Part shown: positions 59,171 through 64,000 of the stretch, piece after piece
How the letters are laid out: each line of letters begins with the position of its first letter
Numbering within the stretch: the first letter of the stretch is position 1
Assembly (NCBI RefSeq): GCF_000143415.4
Contig: NW_003314446.1
Span: 47,738 to 111,737, forward strand
DNA: 64,000 nt
Direction: 5' to 3'
Origin: Selaginella moellendorffii
Taxonomy: Eukaryota > Plantae > Lycopodiophyta
Position numbers and translations under genes: made by a program
The notes under the pieces: generated by a model
Seen by the model: the letters and a program-made list of their open reading frames with translations, nothing else
Told to the model about the DNA's origin: nothing
Databases searched by the model: none

Positions 59171-61741
59171 TTAACCACCAGACACCAACGAAGTTGACTT
59201 GTTCTGTAGTCTTTTCTTTCTCATGGCTTCTACTTTGGACTGCTCCTCCCACAGGCCGACGCTCCCGTAGATATTTGTCATCAGCGCGTACACGGAGTCC
59301 TGCTCCTCATTCAGCTTCAACAGGTTCTCAAACGCTTCTTTGCCTATTCTCACATTCTTCCACTTTTGACAGGCACCGAGAATCGTCAGCCATGTCAAAC
59401 TATCGGCCTTGAAAGGCATTGTTCTCGCAACGTCTACGGCAGCTTCCAGTTGGTTAGCCCGTCCAAAGAGGTCCACCATGCAAACGTAGTGTTCCATTCT
59501 GGGGGTGATACCATACTTGGATACCATCAACTGGAAGAGTCTCGAGCCTTCATCAACCTTCCCGGCGTGGCTACAGGCTGAAATGAGATAGACGAAGGTC
59601 ACGCCGTTTGGCCGTAATCCTTCTTCCTGGAGTTTGTCAAAGAGATGGAGTTCCTGGTTGGTGTCGCCAAGTCGACTATAGCCGGCCATGAGAGAGTGCC
59701 AAGTTACCAGACTGGTGTCCGGGAGAGAATCAAAGACGAGGTGGGCGTTGGTTATGCTGCCACACCGTCCGTAGACTTCAACCAGACAGTTAACCAGGAA
59801 CAGGTCGCCCTCGAATCCAGATCTCGAGATGCAAGCATGGATTTCTCGGACAGTCTCTACAGGCGCCAGGATCGCACAGGCCTTGAGTGCAGCCGCAAAG
59901 GCTCGGGGATCGGGTGCTTGAATTCGAACGAGAAGTTGCAAAGCCAGCTCGGGCCGGTTGTTTTCAGCACATGCCAGCATCAGGGAGGTCAGGGAAATCA
60001 CGTCAACTTCTCCATTGTAAGAAATCCGCTCGAAGACTTTCCAGGCCTCCATCAGGCTCCCACATTTGGAGTACATGTTTACCAAGCTGCTGGCGACGAA
60101 CTTCTCCGTATCACAGCCCGCGGCAACAGCTCTCGAGTGAACTTCGACACCTCGGCTAAGAGCCACGGGCTTGAGGACTTGTCCATCGACTCCTTTGACA
60201 GCAGCTTCCTTTTCGGCCAAGTTGCTACATGCCTTCAAAGCAGCAGCGTAAGTCAGAGCATCCGGTTTTTGACAGCCGTCGGCTTCCATGACTCGAAACA
60301 GGTCCAAAGCCAGCGCCTCCTCGTCATTCTCAGCATATCCGAGAATCACAGCATTCCAGGAGACTACAGTTCGGACTGGCATCTTGTGAAAGAAGACCAT
60401 CGAAGCATCAGCCAGGCTCCCACATTTGAAGTACATGTCCACCAGCGTGTTACCGACGAAGGGGTCCGAATCAAAGCCAGTCTTTGCGGCGTGTGCGTGA
60501 ATGAGCATACCTCTCTGGAGAGTCGTCGTCTTCACAGGTTTGCCTTCTAGCTGCTGCTGCTGCTTCGTCTCAACTACTTCCATAGATGCAAGGTCAGCAC
60601 AGGCTTTGAGAGCGGCGACGTAAGTCAGTTGATTTGGTGCCCAGGTGACGTCTTCGGCAGCTAGCATCCGTTCGAACAGTTTCATAGCAAGCTCGGGCTC
60701 TCTGCTTTCAGCGTAGCTGAGGACCATGGCCGTCCAGATCGTCGGATCTCTCCTCGTCTTGGTCCTCTCGAAGAGCCTCCGAGCATCTACAACGCTTCCA
60801 AGTTTGGCATACAGATCGATCAACGAGCTCGCAACGTGGACATGCAAGTCAAGGCCACATCTCTCGGCTTGCCAGTGGATTTCTACGACTTTGTCGAACA
60901 GGAACTTGCTACTACCGGCGGAGTGTTTCCTCGTCAATCCCAGGCAGGCCTTGAGAGCGGCCGCAAAGCTCAGAGCATCTGCAGTGACGCCGGAGGCTTG
61001 CATCCTGGAAAAGATTTTCAAGGCCACCTCTTCTTCGCCATTGTCCGCATGTCCGAGCACGAGGGCAGTCCAGGAAACAACGTCGGGACAAGCCATTTCC
61101 TGGAAAACAGCTCGGGCATTCTCCAAGCTTCCACACTTGGAGTACATGTCCACCAGAGTATTGGCGACGAACTTGTCCGAGACGAAGCCGAGCTTGGCAG
61201 CTCGAGAGTGGACATCCATGCCTTTGCCGAGAGACTGGAGCTTCACCAATCTTCCATCGACAAGGCGACTGTGCTCCTTCTCGGCCAGACAGGCACAGGC
61301 TTTGAGAGCAGCGACGAAGACTCGGGCATCCAGGCAAGGAGCTGCGTCTCCTTGCGCTAGCAGGCACTCGAAGAGCTTGAGGCCGAGCTCTCCATCGCCT
61401 CGGTCGACATAGCCGAGGATGAGAGACGTCCAGGACGCAGCAGTCCGGAAGATCATCCGGCCAAACACTGCTCGAGCTTCTTCCAAGCTCCCGGATTTGG
61501 CATACATGCTCACGAGCGTGTTGGCTACATACTTGTTGGTGGAATCATCCCCGGCTTCTCGTGAGGCGTCGTCGTGGATCTTCGTGCCGGTTTGGAGATC
61601 GCCCAAGAGACCGCATGCTTGAAGCGCGGCGACCACTAAGGAAATGCGTACCTTCTTTGGGTGCTTGGCGAAGAACTTGGGATTGCCGTGGAAGACCCAC
61701 TCAGCCCGCGTCTGTAGCTTGGACAAGCGCTTACAAGTCAT
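59171..61741 (-). CDS. PLS-class PPR protein with E/E+ end and long L-motif insertions
   Basis: 856-aa ORF, paralogous in architecture to 29918-33019. Confidence 0.93.
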   Translation of the reverse strand: MTCKRLSKLQTRAEWVFHGNPKFFAKHPKKVRISLVVAALQACGLLGDLQTGTKIHDDASREAGDDSTNKYVANTLVSMYAKSGSLEEARAVFGRMIFRTAASWTSLILGYVDRGDGELGLKLFECLLAQGDAAPCLDARVFVAALKACACLAEKEHSRLVDGRLVKLQSLGKGMDVHSRAAKLGFVSDKFVANTLVDMYSKCGSLENARAVFQEMACPDVVSWTALVLGHADNGEEEVALKIFSRMQASGVTADALSFAAALKACLGLTRKHSAGSSKFLFDKVVEIHWQAERCGLDLHVHVASSLIDLYAKLGSVVDARRLFERTKTRRDPTIWTAMVLSYAESREPELAMKLFERMLAAEDVTWAPNQLTYVAALKACADLASMEVVETKQQQQLEGKPVKTTTLQRGMLIHAHAAKTGFDSDPFVGNTLVDMYFKCGSLADASMVFFHKMPVRTVVSWNAVILGYAENDEEALALDLFRVMEADGCQKPDALTYAAALKACSNLAEKEAAVKGVDGQVLKPVALSRGVEVHSRAVAAGCDTEKFVASSLVNMYSKCGSLMEAWKVFERISYNGEVDVISLTSLMLACAENNRPELALQLLVRIQAPDPRAFAAALKACAILAPVETVREIHACISRSGFEGDLFLVNCLVEVYGRCGSITNAHLVFDSLPDTSLVTWHSLMAGYSRLGDTNQELHLFDKLQEEGLRPNGVTFVYLISACSHAGKVDEGSRLFQLMVSKYGITPRMEHYVCMVDLFGRANQLEAAVDVARTMPFKADSLTWLTILGACQKWKNVRIGKEAFENLLKLNEEQDSVYALMTNIYGSVGLWEEQSKVEAMRKKRLQNKSTSLVSGG

Positions 61742-61765
61742 TCATATCTTTATTATGTTAAAACC

Positions 61766-62672
61766 TTATAGCAATGGCAATGGTAAATCAATGAAAGGAG
61801 CTGGGCCTGGTGCTACTGTTGGTGGTGCTGGTGGCGTTGGTGCTAGTGGTGTGGTTGTGTTGGTGAAAGTGCCTGGTGGTGGTGGTGGTAAAAGTGAAGG
61901 TGTGTCAGTGAAAGTGAAGGTGATAGTGGTGTAACTGGTGGACGAAGTGTTTTTGGAGGTGGTGGCGGTGTGTAGGTGAAAGTGAAGGTGCAAATAGTGG
62001 TGGTGGCGGTGTGGGTGAAAGTGAAGGTGATAGTGGTGCTGGTGCTGGTGTAACTGGTGGGGTGGTGGCGGTGGTGTTTTTGGTGGTGGTGTAGGTGAAA
62101 GTGAAGGTGCCAATTGTGGTGGCGCTTCAAGTAGTGGTGTTAGTGGTGGTGGTGTTTTTGGCAGAGGCAATGGCAGTGTTCTTGGTGGTGGTGGTGGTGG
62201 TGTGTTGGTGGTGGTGAACAATCACTTTTTGGAGTAAAATAATAATGTTCAGAAGTGTACCTGTTGTTTCCATTGTTGGAGTGGCCACTGGACCCTCATT
62301 CATGTTTGTTAAGAAGGTACAGTCCCAGGGTAATAGGGCCTTCTACTCCCATCCACACTCATTCTGCATCTTTATTAATTCCAAGATATCAAAGAACCCT
62401 CTACTATTTGTAAATGATGAATCACTGTCTTGCGGACAAACAAGATTTAGCTTGGGACCTAAAAGGATCAGGATGAGATAATTTTTTCTTACCCAAAAAG
62501 ACCCATTATGAGAGAATGAACCACAACTGGTACAATAAACATAGCTTTCCACTTTGATCAGTGTAGTGGCATCACAAAAATTCTGAATAGAATTAAGTAG
62601 AAAATCTTCATACTTACATGATAATAATGAGGTAAAAGATTGTCCTTATATAATAAATATCTTGCACTGCAT
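61766..62672 (-). pseudogene. Pollen Ole e 1/extensin-like gene, probably frameshifted
   Basis: KVESYVYCTSC, LNLVC...TNSRGFF, CTFLTNMNEG, followed by a Pro/Thr-rich tail; stops and frameshifts. Confidence 0.6.
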
Positions 62673-63024
62673 TTAGTCAAACATTAAGGTAAAACTAAAA
62701 AGTTTCTAGTTGAATAACATTTTTTTTAAAACCCAGTGATCTTCTAAATATTTTGTTTCATTTTTTATATATTGTCCTAATTTATTTCCAACATAAAAAA
62801 TTTACTTTTGTTATTTTTATTTTACTTCCATCATGCCTATAATTTGTAGTTTGATATTTCAGTGTTAATATTATAACTGAGCCTTTAACCTTTAACCTTT
62901 GTGTTTTACTGGTAGAATATTCTTAGAATACCTTACAAGTCAATAATCTTTTTCTATTTTGTTAGATTGGTTATGAACTTATGAGGTGCTGGGCCTGGTG
63001 CTGATGTTGGTAATTGTGCTGATG

Positions 63025-63670
63025 CTAGTGGTGGCGGTGTTCACGGGTTCCTTCTAGCTGCTGCTTCGTCTTGACTACTTCCATAGATGCAAGGTCAGCA
63101 CAGCCTTTGAGAGCAGCGATGCAAGTCAAGTGATTTGGTGCACAGGTGACGTCTTTGGCAGCTAGCATCCATTCGAACAGTTTCACAGCGAGCTCGGGCT
63201 CTCTGCTTTCAGTGTAGCTGAGGACCATGGCCGTCCAGATCGCCGGATCTCTCCGCGTCTTGGTCCTCTTGAAGAGCCTCTGAGCATCTATAAGGCTTCC
63301 AAGTTTGGCATACAGATTGATCAACGAGCTCACAACGTGGACATGCAAGTCAAGACCAGATCTCTCGGCCTGGCAGTGGATTTCTGCGACTTTGTCGAGC
63401 AGGAACTTGCTACTACCAGCAGAGTGTTTCCTCGTCAATCCCAGGCAGGCCAGTGGCCGCAAAGCTCAGAGCATCTGCAGTGACGCTTGAGTCTTGCCTC
63501 CTGGAAAAAAATTTCAAGGCCAGCTCTTCTTTGACATTGTCCACATGGCTGAGCACGAGGGCAGTCCAGGAAACAACGCTGGGGCAAGCCATTTCCTGGA
63601 AAACAGCTCGGCAAAAGCCATAGCTTGGGCAAGCGCTTATAAATCATACATGTCTTTATTATGTTAAAAC
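63025..63670 (-). pseudogene. Partial duplicate of the 59171-61741 PPR gene
   Basis: ~63040-63610 matches ~60530-61112; ~63620-63670 matches ~61715-61764; internal deletion and frameshifts. Confidence 0.88.
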
Positions 63671-63679
63671 TGATTACTT

Positions 63680-64000
63680 GAGTGGATGGTGATGGTGTGA
63701 GAGCAATAAAGATCAAAGAAGGGATTTGGGTCTAGTGATTGAGTGGTGGTGCTAAAATTGGTGTGGTGGTGGCTGAATTGGAGGTGATAGTGGTGCCAGT
63801 GCTAGTGTAGCTGGTGGAGGTGTTCTTCTTGGCAGTGGTGGTGGTGGTGTTTTAAGTGGTGGTGTTAGTGCAATTGGAGGTGATAGTGGTGCTAATGCTG
63901 GTGTAACTGATGGATTTTCTGTGGTGTTTGTGAAATTGGAGGTCATAATAGTGTTAGTGCTAGTGTAACTAGTGGAGGAGGTGTTCATGGTGGTGGTGGT
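63680..64000 (-). other. 3' end of a second Pro/Thr-rich extensin-like gene, running off the window
   Basis: PPLKTPPPPLP and LAPLSPP, similar to 61766-62221. Confidence 0.55.

Overview
Plant nuclear DNA, most consistent with the lycophyte Selaginella (inference from 50-140 nt introns, very short intergenic gaps and many PLS-class PPR genes). (1) 1-13 kb is AT-rich: nested, decayed Ty3/gypsy retroelements, a solo LTR with a perfect TSD, and one intact secreted PLAT-domain gene. (2) 13-23.8 kb holds gene fragments: F-box, a B3 gene broken by a 136-bp micro-inversion, an LHT amino-acid transporter and CYP74. (3) 24.5-33 kb has UXS (with a U12 AT-AC intron), a WD40 protein and a PPR. (4) 34-43.6 kb is a Crinkler-like NTPase+REase pseudogene split by a 7.1-kb non-autonomous chromovirus-derived LTR element, whose 3' internal region carries back-to-back hairpins with tRNA T-loop sequences. 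(5) 43.9-64 kb is gene-dense: F-box, proteasome beta5, four more PPRs, an extensin/ferritin-like fusion, NOG1, TMEM184, GGCT2, and a decayed Ole e 1/extensin-PPR duplication. All family assignments come from motif recognition by eye; no database search was run.
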